A stretch of DNA of 64,000 nucleotides from Vicugna vicugna (taxonomy: Eukaryota). This document shows, piece after piece, positions 12,651 through 23,960 of this stretch; position 1 is the stretch's first letter, and every line of letters starts with the position of its first letter. The notes under the pieces were generated by a model. It ran no database searches. It was not told the DNA's origin and worked only from the letters and a program-made list of their open reading frames with translations. The stretch spans positions 452,032 to 516,031 of the forward strand of contig MU058478.1 of the NCBI GenBank assembly GCA_013265495.1, given 5' to 3'. The position numbers were made by a program, and so were the translations under genes.

Positions 12651-13326
12651 TTCTCCAGGAGAGATTCGACGTGCCGACCAGCAGGCATCAGATGTTAGGG
12701 AGAAAATATGTCAGTGGATAGGCATAGTTGTAGAGACGTAGGCTTCAGCAGTTAAAACATGACTCCTTTTTAGTCTATTTTCAGTGAAGCTGTATTTGAA
12801 ATTCCAGTGAAAATGATGTTCAGACAGAATGTCTTCTTGGTTAACTGGTGTACACGTGGGACAATTTGCAGAAACAACAGTAAATTCAATTAGATGTCAC
12901 AGGAAAAGAAAAGCTTAAATGTAAATATTCTCATCTTTCCAATACGACTTCATACCATGAAAATAAACAGTCCTTTTTAGCAACATTTTTAGAAAAACAG
13001 TAAGTAATCCAATGGTGACTAAGAATTTTTTTTTTTCTGAATGAAAAGAGTAAAATGAGGATAGAAAAAAATAAACAAAGGTTGTCATGCCTTAAATTTG
13101 CCTCAAATATTCATTTCACGGCAAACCATTGATGTGGTCATGACATCTGAATATTTGCCACTTTAACTTCATGGACATTTAACTTTCAATTGATTTACAC
13201 TTTTTATTTAAAGACATGGAACCATATTTTATATGCATTTGATTTATTATATATTTTTATATAAAAAGGAGCTGCATACAGCTACTGTTTTCGATTTTCT
13301 CTGTTAGATTATGTGTCTTCTTTTTC

Positions 13327-13665
13327 TTTTGGTTATTTTTTTAAGTTTATTTTTATTTTCCCTGGAAATCTAAAGATTCGATAAGCTGTGCTTTTATAGT
13401 GAAATATTTAATGCTGGTGTAGCATTGATAATAATTAACTAGCCATAATAATTAGCCAATAATTAAATTAATGTAATACATTTTTGGTTATTTTTTAAAG
13501 TTTATTTTTATTTTCACCGGAAATCTAAAGATTCGATAAGTTTTGCTTTTATAGTGAAATATTTAATGCTGGTGTAGCATTGATAATAATTAACTACCCA
13601 TAATAATTAACTAGCCAATAATTAATGCAATTAACTTGCCAGTAATTAACTTAACGTAATACAAT
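13327..13665 (+). repeat. Tandem duplication with ~155-bp period and a TAATTA-rich micro-repeat tail
   Basis: The ggttatttttt..ggaaatctaaagattcgataag..gctggtgtagcattgataataattaact block starts at both 13331 and 13486. Confidence 0.95.
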
Positions 13666-15840
13666 AATAAACTTAACGTAGAACTGGGAATAAACTCAGA
13701 TTATTTTCAGTACTTGAAAACATCAGACTTCAGGACGTCAGTAAAAGTGCTTACTTTATCATGACAAATAGGTATGTCACATTATGTCATAACCTTAAAA
13801 GGTTGATGGCTACAAAGAAATATCGTCTTTGGATCCCCGTTCTATTAGACTTGACATTTGGGAAGTGGCAAATATATCCTTCATGTGCAAACTATGATGG
13901 CAAAGATTTTCCATCATAAAACAAGACTGTGAGGTTGATGTTGTTTTTTCTTTGGAGAGGACCAAAGCCATCCATTCATCCGGCCCCAGCAAAGGTTAAG
14001 ATGATGGACACAGAAGGAAGAAAGCCGGTGACAAATGGCCGGGCTGTGACTCCCCCCTCGATTCCGCAGAAGGAGGTGGGGACCAGTGTCACTGCAGCTT
14101 AAGAAGCATGGCTGTGAAACGAGGATTCTGAGACCAGCGTTGAAGGTGCAGAGCATCCATGGGGCACGTTCGCTCTGGACCTCGGGTGCACCTTGTACAT
14201 TACTGACAATTTCCATCAGACCTTTCCTAAAAGGCTTTCCATCAAACAGGTCACCAAACAGGGGGAACAGAAGCCAGGAGACAAGGAGCCAAGGGACAGA
14301 GAGTCAGCCAGATGGATTAAATCATGACTCGGGGATTTTGACTCCGGAACGCTCTCATGTTCCAGTAACATCACCCGTGTGTGCAATTTCCAGGAGGCTG
14401 GATACCCCACGCCAGACCAAGGTTCTCATTGAATTTGCATTTTTAGAAAAAACATCCCCTTTTATAACAGCTTCAAATTTCATGCATTCACATGGTAGAT
14501 AAATTGTGTAGAGTAAGTATATCAAATGTGACATGAGAGTTGCCTGAATTCCCACCACCGTGAAAAGAAGTCTTAATCACTTAGGTTCATTTCCATGCAC
14601 ACCGGGTAAGATTCAAATTTGCTTTCAGAACCTCCACGTGCAAAAGCGTAGAACGTGATTTTGTAAGTCAGTTCGACTTTCTCAGGAGCTCCCACGACTT
14701 CCCAATCGTGCAAAGGACCCGCTTTCTTCAAGTTAATTCAGTCATTTCCAGATTAAGTCTTAGTCTTGGCCTCTTGTGAAGAATGAGTTTTTCAGGGTTC
14801 TTTTTCATCCTTTCTCCCCTCCCTTCTCCTTCATTCCTGATCATTCCAGGGAGGCATTTGATTTTAAGAGAAACATCGGAGTGGGAGACCCCCCCCCAGC
14901 CCTTCTCGCTGGAGCACACACATGTGGTCACTCTGGCAAGCATCCTTGCTGTGGTGGGAGGGCCAAAATCAGAGCTGAAGTTGATGGAAGGAGGAGGGAG
15001 GGAGGCTGAGGACGCCTGACCACATGCCAAGCTCTGCTCAACCCGAGGAACAGGGATGGATTTTGCCTGTTTCCCAGAGAGAAAACCCATTGGTCCAGAG
15101 AGATGTCACCAGTGAGTGACCCACTTAACATCTCGTGGACACCAAGGGCTTCATAAACTACTCAGTGGTCCTCCTGCCCTTCCCCAGCTCCACACACGTG
15201 TCCTGCACGTAACGCATCTAGACTGTCAGCAGGTCCCAGGGAGCGATGCTCGCTGGATATCACGCGTCTGCATTTAACGCCATGTGCTTCTCACCCGCAC
15301 CATCACTTTGCTTGTCTTTGGTGAATCTGCAAAACCAGTTCAGCAAACATGCAGGATGTTCTGCTCTTGAGCCAGACGCGTCTGGAACACCAGCTCATCG
15401 ATGTCTTCCTGGCAATCATAATGGTCAAATTAGGCTGTCAATACTTTTAATCAGCTTTCAGAAAATGACCAGCAACCCTCTTTAGGGTCACAATTTATGG
15501 TAAATACATTTGAAAATTTTGATGGTTTCGTGGCCTCTTCTCTGTGGACCACAAGAAAAAGATGTCTTTTTTTACACATGATGACACAACTGGTCAGCCC
15601 AGGGGGGAATAAAAATCTACCAAATGAGAAGATTTGCATTTCAAACTTTTTTTTTTCATATTGAGATGGGTAAATACTTCACCCCAAGGGGCTTAAAGAT
15701 GTTTGCAATCTGTCCTTTTCTGAGAACCTCTTTTTTTTTTTAACAAACATTATTACACAACAAAATTCACCAGCTATATTATTGGTTTGTCTCTCTTTTC
15801 AAGGTTTCCCCACATTTAGGTTTTGCAAAATCATAGACCC

Positions 15841-16121
15841 TCTTTTTTTTATTTTATTTGATTGAGTTATAATCAGTTTACAATGTTGTGTCAATTTCCA
15901 GGGCAGAGCACAATTGTTCAGTTACACGTGAACATACTTATATTCACTGTCACGTTCTTTTTCATCGTGAGCTACCACAAGATCGTGTATGTATTTCCTT
16001 GTGCTGTACAGTGTAATCTTGTTTATCTATTCTGTATACACCTGTCGGGATCTATAAATTTCAAACTCCCAGTCTGTCCCTTCCCACCCCCTCCCCCCTG
16101 GTAACCAGAAGTTTGCTCTCT
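15841..16121 (-). mobile_element. Camelid-type L1 3' end
   Basis: T-rich tail followed by tttacaatgttgtgtcaatttcc... antisense 3' UTR. Confidence 0.9.
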
Positions 16122-16257
16122 CTGTACAGCACAGGGAACTAAATTCAATATCTTATAATAACTTACGGTGAAAAAGAACATGACAATGAATATATGTATG
16201 TTCCTATATGACTGAAGCACTGTGCTGTGCACCAGAAATTGACACAACATTGCAAAA
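16122..16257 (+). mobile_element. Camelid-type L1 3' UTR fragment with no poly-A tail
   Basis: Closely similar to 10320-10452 (cagcacagggaacta..ccagaaattgacacaacattg). Confidence 0.9.
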
Positions 16258-16599
16258 CGTGCCCATCTCGGCCGAGGCTGGGGGCGGAGGGCACACACCC
16301 TGCTCAGAGCCGCGTCCCACTGATGAGCTGAGAGCCTGAATCCACGGATGCTTGCACGGTCTCGTACGAGCAGACAATGACCACACGGATAAACAAAGTA
16401 AGCCATTCAATGTAAACTAGTTCCAAGTGCAGCTGGCAGGAGCTCCTCAAACTGCCCTCAGGTAAAATCCAGCACATGACGTCACCTTTATTGCAAATCA
16501 CAGAATTACGAAGATGGTAGTTAAAACAGTGCAATCAGCACATCGGGCTCTTTTAATGACCACCAGGTTCTGGAAGCGTGAGATACAAGATAAAAATTG

Positions 16600-16870
16600 G
16601 TTATAATATGTTTCTGAAAAATCAAAGAGAAAGTGAAAACCGTTAAGTAATATAAGATGATAAAAAAAAAAAGTCCAGAAGAACTGAAAATCTCCAAATA
16701 AAACAGACCGAAACGGAAAAATGTGAAAATCAATAAGATATTCCAAATGAACTTGTGTAACAGCAAAATGCATACATTCAAAGAGAAAAATCAATGGGCC
16801 AGAAAGTAGATCTACTAAGAAAAAGTACCCAGCATGTAGCACAGAGCGATGAGATAAATGAAAGCAAGTG
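16600..16870 (+). mobile_element. Ancient L1/HAL1 ORF1-region fragment
   Basis: A-rich; acagcaaaatgcatacattcaaagagaaaaatc..tagatct..acccagcatgtagcacagag resembles old L1 ORF1. Confidence 0.5.
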
Positions 16871-16924
16871 GAATAAGAAAACTTGAATATCTCACTTATT
16901 AAAAGGGGTGGCCAAGATTGACAC

Positions 16925-17366
16925 AGAAAACCATGGCGTAGGTCTTTTCCAGACACAAGATCTGCTGGTGCCTTGATCTGGGACATCCCAGCAGACAGAA
17001 TTGTAGACTCACAGACATCGAAGATCAACTGTGGTTACCAGGGTGGGAAACGGAGGGGAGGGACAGATTAGCAGTTTGGGATTAATGGATATGCATTACT
17101 GTACATAAAGAAGGTAAACAACAAAGACCTCTGTAAAGGGAACGATATTCAATTTCTTGTCACGAGTCGTAATGGAAAAGAAACTGAAAATATAGATATG
17201 TGTATGTCTAACTGAATCGCTTTGCTGTACAGCTGAGCCTAGCATTGTAAATCAACTACACTTCAATGAAAAATAAGAATTAGAAAAAAAAAGAAATAAA
17301 ATTCTGTTGTTTATAAACCACCCCGCATATGGGATATTTTTACCGCAGCCTGAGTGGGCTCAGACA
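16925..17366 (+). mobile_element. MaLR LTR (MLT1A-like) 3' part, interrupted by an L1
   Basis: atctgctggtgccttgatctgggac..cagaattgt continues after the L1 as agaaataaaattctgttgtttataaaccaccc..gcagcctga..agaca. Confidence 0.8.
17005..17291 (+). mobile_element. Artiodactyl-type L1 3' UTR inserted in the MaLR LTR
   Basis: agactcacagacatcgaa..ggttaccaggg..taactgaatcgctttgctgtaca..attgtaaatcaactacacttcaat plus an A tail. Confidence 0.88.
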
Positions 17367-17516
17367 CCATTCAAAATGTGCAGAACAAATCATAAAAACA
17401 GAGTTTGAGTCATGGTCTTCAAAATTTCGCATCTGTGTGACTGCCCATAAAGATACAAACCGCCCGTAAAAAAATGAATACATTTTCATTCTAAAATTAA
17501 AAAATGAGTAAATTTA

Positions 17517-17882
17517 TGAAGTCAACCAAAGAAAGAAATGGAAATTTTTATTCGCACCAGCCTGAGGATTATAACCCGGGAGACAGTCCTTTAGAAACTT
17601 GTCAGAGGTCAAAGCATAGTTATATACGTTCGAAACAAAGGGTTGGACGTCAAATAACGTATTGACAGTTTGCACAATCTGATCAGCAGGTGCACAGCCA
17701 GTAGCGTGGGTCACGGTGACCCCTTAGAGGATCAAGGAGGAAAGTTATCGCCCACGGAGGTCTGGTTAATGCAGGTGTACAACACGCAGCACAGGGGAGG
17801 GAGGAGATGCAAACGGGCAGAGAAATCGTTTGTGTTTAAATTTGCCTTTTTTTGGCCATAAAATAAGAATTTTGTCTCATCA
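17517..17882 (-). mobile_element. Solo LTR (ERV1-like)
   Basis: TG...CA termini; the minus strand has AATAAA about 30 nt before the terminal TTCA; no TSD resolved. Confidence 0.7.
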
Positions 17883-18097
17883 AAACTAACACATCTTTCC
17901 TTCTATAGATTTTATATTATTATAGACTGGTCTGAATGATTTTTTAGCAGACTGTGCTTTTATAAGTTGGTACATTGTGAGCTGTCAGGAACGTAATACA
18001 AAATTTCTGCCGGTCCCAACAAAACCTCAACCACTGAACTGAAGAAACCAGGACTACATATTATATGCTTTTCGAAAAAAAAACCAAAAACCTTGCT

Positions 18098-18245
18098 GGG
18101 GGAAGGGTGTAGCTCAGTGGTAAGAGTGTGTGCCCAGCATGCGTGAGGTCCTGGGTTCGATCCCCAGGACCCCCATTAAAATAAATCAATAAATCTAATT
18201 ATTCACCTCCCCCACAAAATTGTTTTTTTCTTAAAGGGAAAAAAA
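18098..18245 (+). mobile_element. Vic-1-like SINE
   Basis: ggggaagggtgtagctcagtgg (A box), gggttcgatcccc (B box), A-rich tail. Confidence 0.93.
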
Positions 18246-20614
18246 TCTTATTTTAACATGAAGCAGATCGAGGCAGGTATCATTGCTGTCCACTCAGAAG
18301 AACAGAAAAACCAGAGGCTTAAAGCATATAAATGCATGCCTTCTGTGTGATCACTCAACTGATACATTTTTCGGATTCTATATTCCATGCCAAATTTGCT
18401 TTTAAATAATTCAGTCTTGCAAAAAATAATTGTACAAATGTGAAGCTGCAGAACCAATTCTTAGTCATGCATTCACATGATGTGACCTTGACAGGTTAGG
18501 TAAAAAAAAAAAAAAAAAAAAGAAAAAGAGAGAGAAAGAACACACACATTTCAGAAACAAAACTCAGGGAATTCATTTATTACCATTATTTGAATAATCA
18601 GATCTCCTGCTACGCACCGTGTTGGTGGATGAGAGAATGTGACCCAGACAGTTCCTGGGTAAATCAATCAATCAAATCTCTCTCTCTGTCTCTCTTTTTT
18701 TTTTTTTTTTTTTATTCAAGGAAGTGGTACAAAGTCACTGCAGTCAGGACATCATTCTGGGACCGGAAGAGATCCTTGGCTCAAAACCCTTCACCAGCAG
18801 AGCATCCGTGAGGCCAAGCATGCTCCCCTCCCCCCGGGCAGCAGAATTCTCCCCCGTCGGGGCCAGCCCTGTCTGAACACAAGTGGAGATGACCATCCTG
18901 GTGCACGGTCTAGACATGTCCTGTCTTAAGAGGCCCGTGGACCAGCCGCAGTCCGTTATCCAGTGCTGTTCTCTTGCAAGGAGTAAGTACCACACTGTTG
19001 GATTCACCCACTCCAGTGTGCGCCTTTCAAACATCCCCTTTACTTGGTGTTTAGAGCGTATAATTCATTGCCTCTGGACGTGGCTGCGCACAGACGAGTT
19101 TCACCTCATTTCCCTGCTAACTGAATAGAAGATTAATCAATTAAGACACGGAGGATTTTTTTTTTTCTTGTTCATAACTTCAGATTCTACCTGGAAGCAC
19201 TTGGGAAAAGGAAGGTCTACCAGTCAAACCATTTTCTAATGCTGACACACACGGAGGACTCCATTTGTAGACTCAGCTTCCTGGAAAAAAGAATTGCAAA
19301 GCCACACTTTGCCCCATTCATCCCAGTTGGGTTCTTTAGTCTGTAATTCGCCATAATCTGATCAGCTGGTCACCATCCTCAGTACCAGCCCGCAAACTTC
19401 CTTTCCCCTCTTCTCTTTCTTCGTCTGTAAACACACCGCAATTCCACGGAATGACACCCTGCTTTTAAAATATTCAATACTGTACCTAACCTTTACCGTG
19501 TAACAAAGCATCTCATCTTCCTAAACAAGAGCCCTGTGACTGAGAACTCCTGACACACAAAATCTATGACTTGGTGTCTTAAGAAAAATGTAGGCGACCT
19601 ACTTGCTGATTGAACCAGTATCTTAGAGAATCCTTCAAAACGCCCGCGTGGATTATTTCAAACAACTCAATGCATTTTCGTGATCGCCAGAGTCGACTGC
19701 CAATCTCTGCACGTTAAATGTGGAAAGATTGGAGACCACTTGTTTGCCCCGATGTATTATTCAAATGATTGCAAAGTGCGAAGAATGACTTCAGCCTCCT
19801 GAATCAGCAGGTCTCTTTTTTCTAAATTGTAGGAGTGTGTTTTCCTTTCGTGCCCAAAGCAAACATGTTGACATTTGTAAATAACACATTAATTTCGGAG
19901 GTGTCATCTTAGTGCTCCCTGGAAAACAGTCCTGGTGGCATTTTGGTATCAGTACAACTGTTTCCTCTTTTGATCACTTACCATTTCGAGATTCTCGGCG
20001 TTAGCTGCATCTTCCTTGGCTTTGGCCCCCAGAAAACACACTTTCCATGCGGAAGAACCCCATCCTTGCCAGCAACTTTGTTTTGCATTTCTTTTTCCAT
20101 AAAAAACGTAGTGCAGTCTCTTAACGGTCAAGCAAATTATTCGTGGGGTAAGTGTGTTGCTTCATGTGAATTTGCATGATGTGATGTGCATTTTAAAATG
20201 TTACTCTGTCGGACCGTTAGTGAATTTTTCTTTGATTCATACTAGGAAAAATAAGATAATGAAGGCATATTTAATGCATCCTGGGGCTTTTGAAAGAGGA
20301 TTATGCTGATTATGGTACATAGTTCCTTAAGTCTGAAGGCAGAGTTCACGAACACTGCATATTTGAATCCTCCGATGGTTTGGAGCAAAGGTTTGCATAT
20401 GTCAGCCTCTGTCAACAACTACAAAATTGCGAGTGTCTTATACATTCCTTCATTCATTCATTCATTCATTCATCCATTCAGAGTTTGTGAAACATATAAT
20501 GAAAGACAGATGCTCTGCTCTGGTGACAGAACAGTGGTTAGAATATAAAAATTCCTCGCGTTCAGGGATTTTACCATCCCATGGGAAACAGGTTTTACAG
20601 TAGTTAATATTCAT

Positions 20615-20830
20615 CATGTGCATACATTGTGCCAAGCAGTTTTCAACATGTTATAAGTTACTAATCCACTTAATTCTCTCAACAACAATAGGAGACAAAT
20701 ACCGTTTTTATCACTGGTTTTCGGCGACGGAAAAACAAATATACAGGGCAAATGTGTCACCTGTTCAAACTGGTGAGTGGCAGGGCATGGGTTTCCATCC
20801 AGGCAGCCTGATCGCTGACCCGCAGCCCAG
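20615..20830 (-). mobile_element. MIR SINE
   Basis: attgtgccaagcagttt..cttaattctctcaacaac..aactggtgagtggcagggcatggg..ccaggcagcctga. Confidence 0.75.
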
Positions 20831-22604
20831 TAATGCCTGTTCTTTGAAGAAATGACTTCTCGCCCACCTGCCGGGTTCCCCTCCGTCCTGAGCGATGGGC
20901 GCTTCACTGTTGTATGGCTAAGTGGTGTTACATCCTGTCTGTTCCAGGTTTCAAAGGCACGTAAGGGGAGACAGATATGAGCAAAGCGAAACACTGAGAA
21001 CTAAAATATACGTGTTTTATGAACAGGGTGTGTGTGTTAGATGTGTTGATTGAAATGCCAGGGCCAACTTCATTAGCAAGACTGCTGTTAAAAAGACTTG
21101 CAACTTCATGACTCCCAGTCAAGCCTCGTGCTCAGAATGGCTAGAGTATGTTCGCTTGAGAACGTGGTTTTGATATTTCTGTCCATGAGCAGCTGATCTG
21201 ACAGACAACAGGATCTAAATATCCCCTCTGCATAAAGCATCACCTTCAGCCAAGGAGAGGGTGTCCGAGCAGGGACACCAGATATCCATTCTCTTTTCCT
21301 AACTAACCTTCGATGGGCATGGCTTGCTCCCCACTTATCACATTTTCAAAGCCTTACTTGTAACGCACTCTTCTTTTAGGCAGTGCGTTTTCATAATTCA
21401 GGGAGGCATCTGAGACTAAAGGAACATACGTATCTCTTTCCTGTCTTTATGCCCTGGAGCAAAATATATGCCTTCATATCCCATGCTAAATATCAGACAT
21501 CTAACATCTTTCTGGGGACAAAGCTGTATATTCATTTATGATACTTTCTGAAAAATGCTAAGGCAAGGGTGATTACAAAAAACAAAACAGCAAGAAATGA
21601 GTGCTCTGTTGGTGTATCTTTTAAAGCATAATCTCTCACAGTGAAGGTGCAGTCGCTGGTGGGAGACCCCAGGGGTCTCGTGGATCTCAGAACGTCAGTC
21701 TGGAATGTAATTCTCCTTGGACTCAACATCCTGCCTCCAATGTCCTTGGCAAATGCAGGTCCCAGCCTAGTCCTTAAATACCACTTTCTTCTATAATATG
21801 TCCTTACCGTGATCTGACTCCCGGGTAACTTCAGGACCTGATATTCAACATGGAAAGTCCTAAATTGCTGTTCACAGTGACATCTGTTAATCATGCTGAT
21901 AACATAAGCATGATTATGTTATCAAAAGTGGAAAAAAAAGTTGAAACTCAAAACATCACGGAAAGGTAACTTTAACTGTTGAGTGGGGGATGTGAAGGTT
22001 TTTCTGGGGGTGATCTGTGTTTTCAATAATTGCACACACTCAACAGAAATCGGCTGCCTCTCTGTGACCAAATCTTGACTTTTTTTTTCTAATTTAGTGG
22101 ATCGTTAGCACATTATTTTAATGGAATCTGTGCCGAAAAGAGTTAACATAACAGGCTCGAGATGGCTGTCCTTAGAAAATCTTAATGAACCTCCCTGGTG
22201 GATGGTGCGTCATACACATTGTCTGTTTTGGGGGGAAACTCATGCCTTCTGGGTGACTCCCTGAAAGGAGACTCTGACAGACTGGCTCCCAGTTTCCTCT
22301 AGGCTTCACCCCATATTCCTGTCCCCTTGGCTTACTTTTTCCTTTCATGAAAAGAAGTCTTAGTTGTGAACATAGCTCAGAAGAAAAGGCAGGGCTGTGG
22401 GAAAACATCTTCTGAAAATTGCTGGGGTAACACTGCCTTTTTATGGTCTTCAATGTTTCATATGAAGAACCATATACATTTTCTTTGAATTTCAGGTAGA
22501 AAAAAATAAAATGTGTCTCTCTCCAATGAGCTGGCATGATTTACCTTACTGGGTGATGACAATTTTCCCATTTGTGTTTCCCATTTGCGTGTTTTTTGTG
22601 TTTT

Positions 22605-23960
22605 TTAATCAAGATGCAATTGGTGTTAAATAAGTTGAAGAATTATTTGGTGTATTTATACATCACAAGATGATTACCAAAATAATTGTAGTTAACATAC
22701 ATCACCACGCATAGTTACAAATGGTTTTTCTTGTGATGAGAGCTTTTAAGATCTACTTCCTTAGCACCTGTTACATAGACTATACAATATTGTTAATTAG
22801 AGTCATCGTGGTTACGTTACTTCCCATGACATCCTCTCACTCATTTTGTCCAACTCACAACCCTTCCTTCTGGCAGCCACTCATCTGTTGTCTGTATCAG
22901 TGAGTTGGTCTTTTTTGTGTGTTTTTGTTTTTGTTTTAAATTTCTCATATAAGTGAGATGATACAGTGTTTGTCTTTCTCTGACTTATTTTACCAGTGTC
23001 ATGCCCTTAGGGCACATGGCAAAATGCCACTTACAAACCCACGCTGTTCGTAAATGGTGTAGCTTCTTTCCATGGCTGAATAATATTCCATTATTCCACA
23101 GAGACAGGAAACGCTAGACCAGATTAGCTCTTGAATTCACTCAGTCAGCTCACATCATCTTCATCATTCCATCCATCGATGGATGGATACTCAGTTTGTA
23201 TCCATGTGTCTTGTCTATTGTAAGTAATGTTGCAATAAACATGGAGGTGCAAGTATCTTTTTGAGAGAGTGACTTCATGTCCTTAGGCTAAATAAATGAA
23301 ATTGCTACAACATATGGATGCTCTGTGTTTTTATTTTTTGAGGAACGTGCATACTGTTTTCCACGGTCGTTTCACCAGTTTACATTCCCACCAGTGGTGC
23401 ACGAGGATTGCCTTCACACTGCGTCCTCGCCAACACTTATTATTTCTTGTCTTTTTGATAATGACATTCTAATGCGTGTGGTCTTGATTTGCGTTTCCCT
23501 GATAATTAGTGATGTTGAGTACTTTTCCATGTACCTGTTGGCCATCTGTATGTCTTCTTTGGAAAAACGTTTATTTAATTTCTCTGCTGATTTTTTAATC
23601 AGATTGCTTATTAATGTCATTGCAACTCCTATTGAGTTGTATGAGTATTTATGTGTTTTGGATATTAGCCCCTTATTGGATATATAATCTATAATTATTT
23701 GCTTCCATTCCATATGTTACATTTTCATTTTGTTGGTGATTTGGTGATTTCTGTTAATGTACAGAAGGTTTTCTTTTTTGCTTTTGTTTTTGTTTTTTGA
23801 TTGGTTTTGGTTTTGTGTAGTCTCATTTGCTTTTGTTGTTTTACCGTTTACTCTTTTTCTTAAGATACCCAGCTAACATCCGCATCCCGTGGAAATCTAA
23901 AAAAAAAATCATCGCCAAGACTCACATCAAGGGTCTCATCACCTGTGTCTTCTTTTAGGA
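22605..23960 (-). mobile_element. L1MA9-like 3' UTR plus ORF2 C-terminal fragment, carrying templated insertions
   Basis: Minus ORF 23414-23713 gives [43 protein letters not shown] (L1 ORF2); 3' UTR cttgtgatgagagcttttaagatctac. Confidence 0.92.

Noticed and set aside
18098..18175. tRNA-Ala-like genes here and at 1500, 37455, 53741, 62341 and 63956
   Set aside because: These are SINE heads with diverged stems, a shared non-tRNA tail, A-rich ends and TSDs
21532..21894. 120-aa minus ORF and a 30-nt micro-exon-like segment
   Set aside because: No recognisable homology, a weak acceptor, and a length compatible with chance
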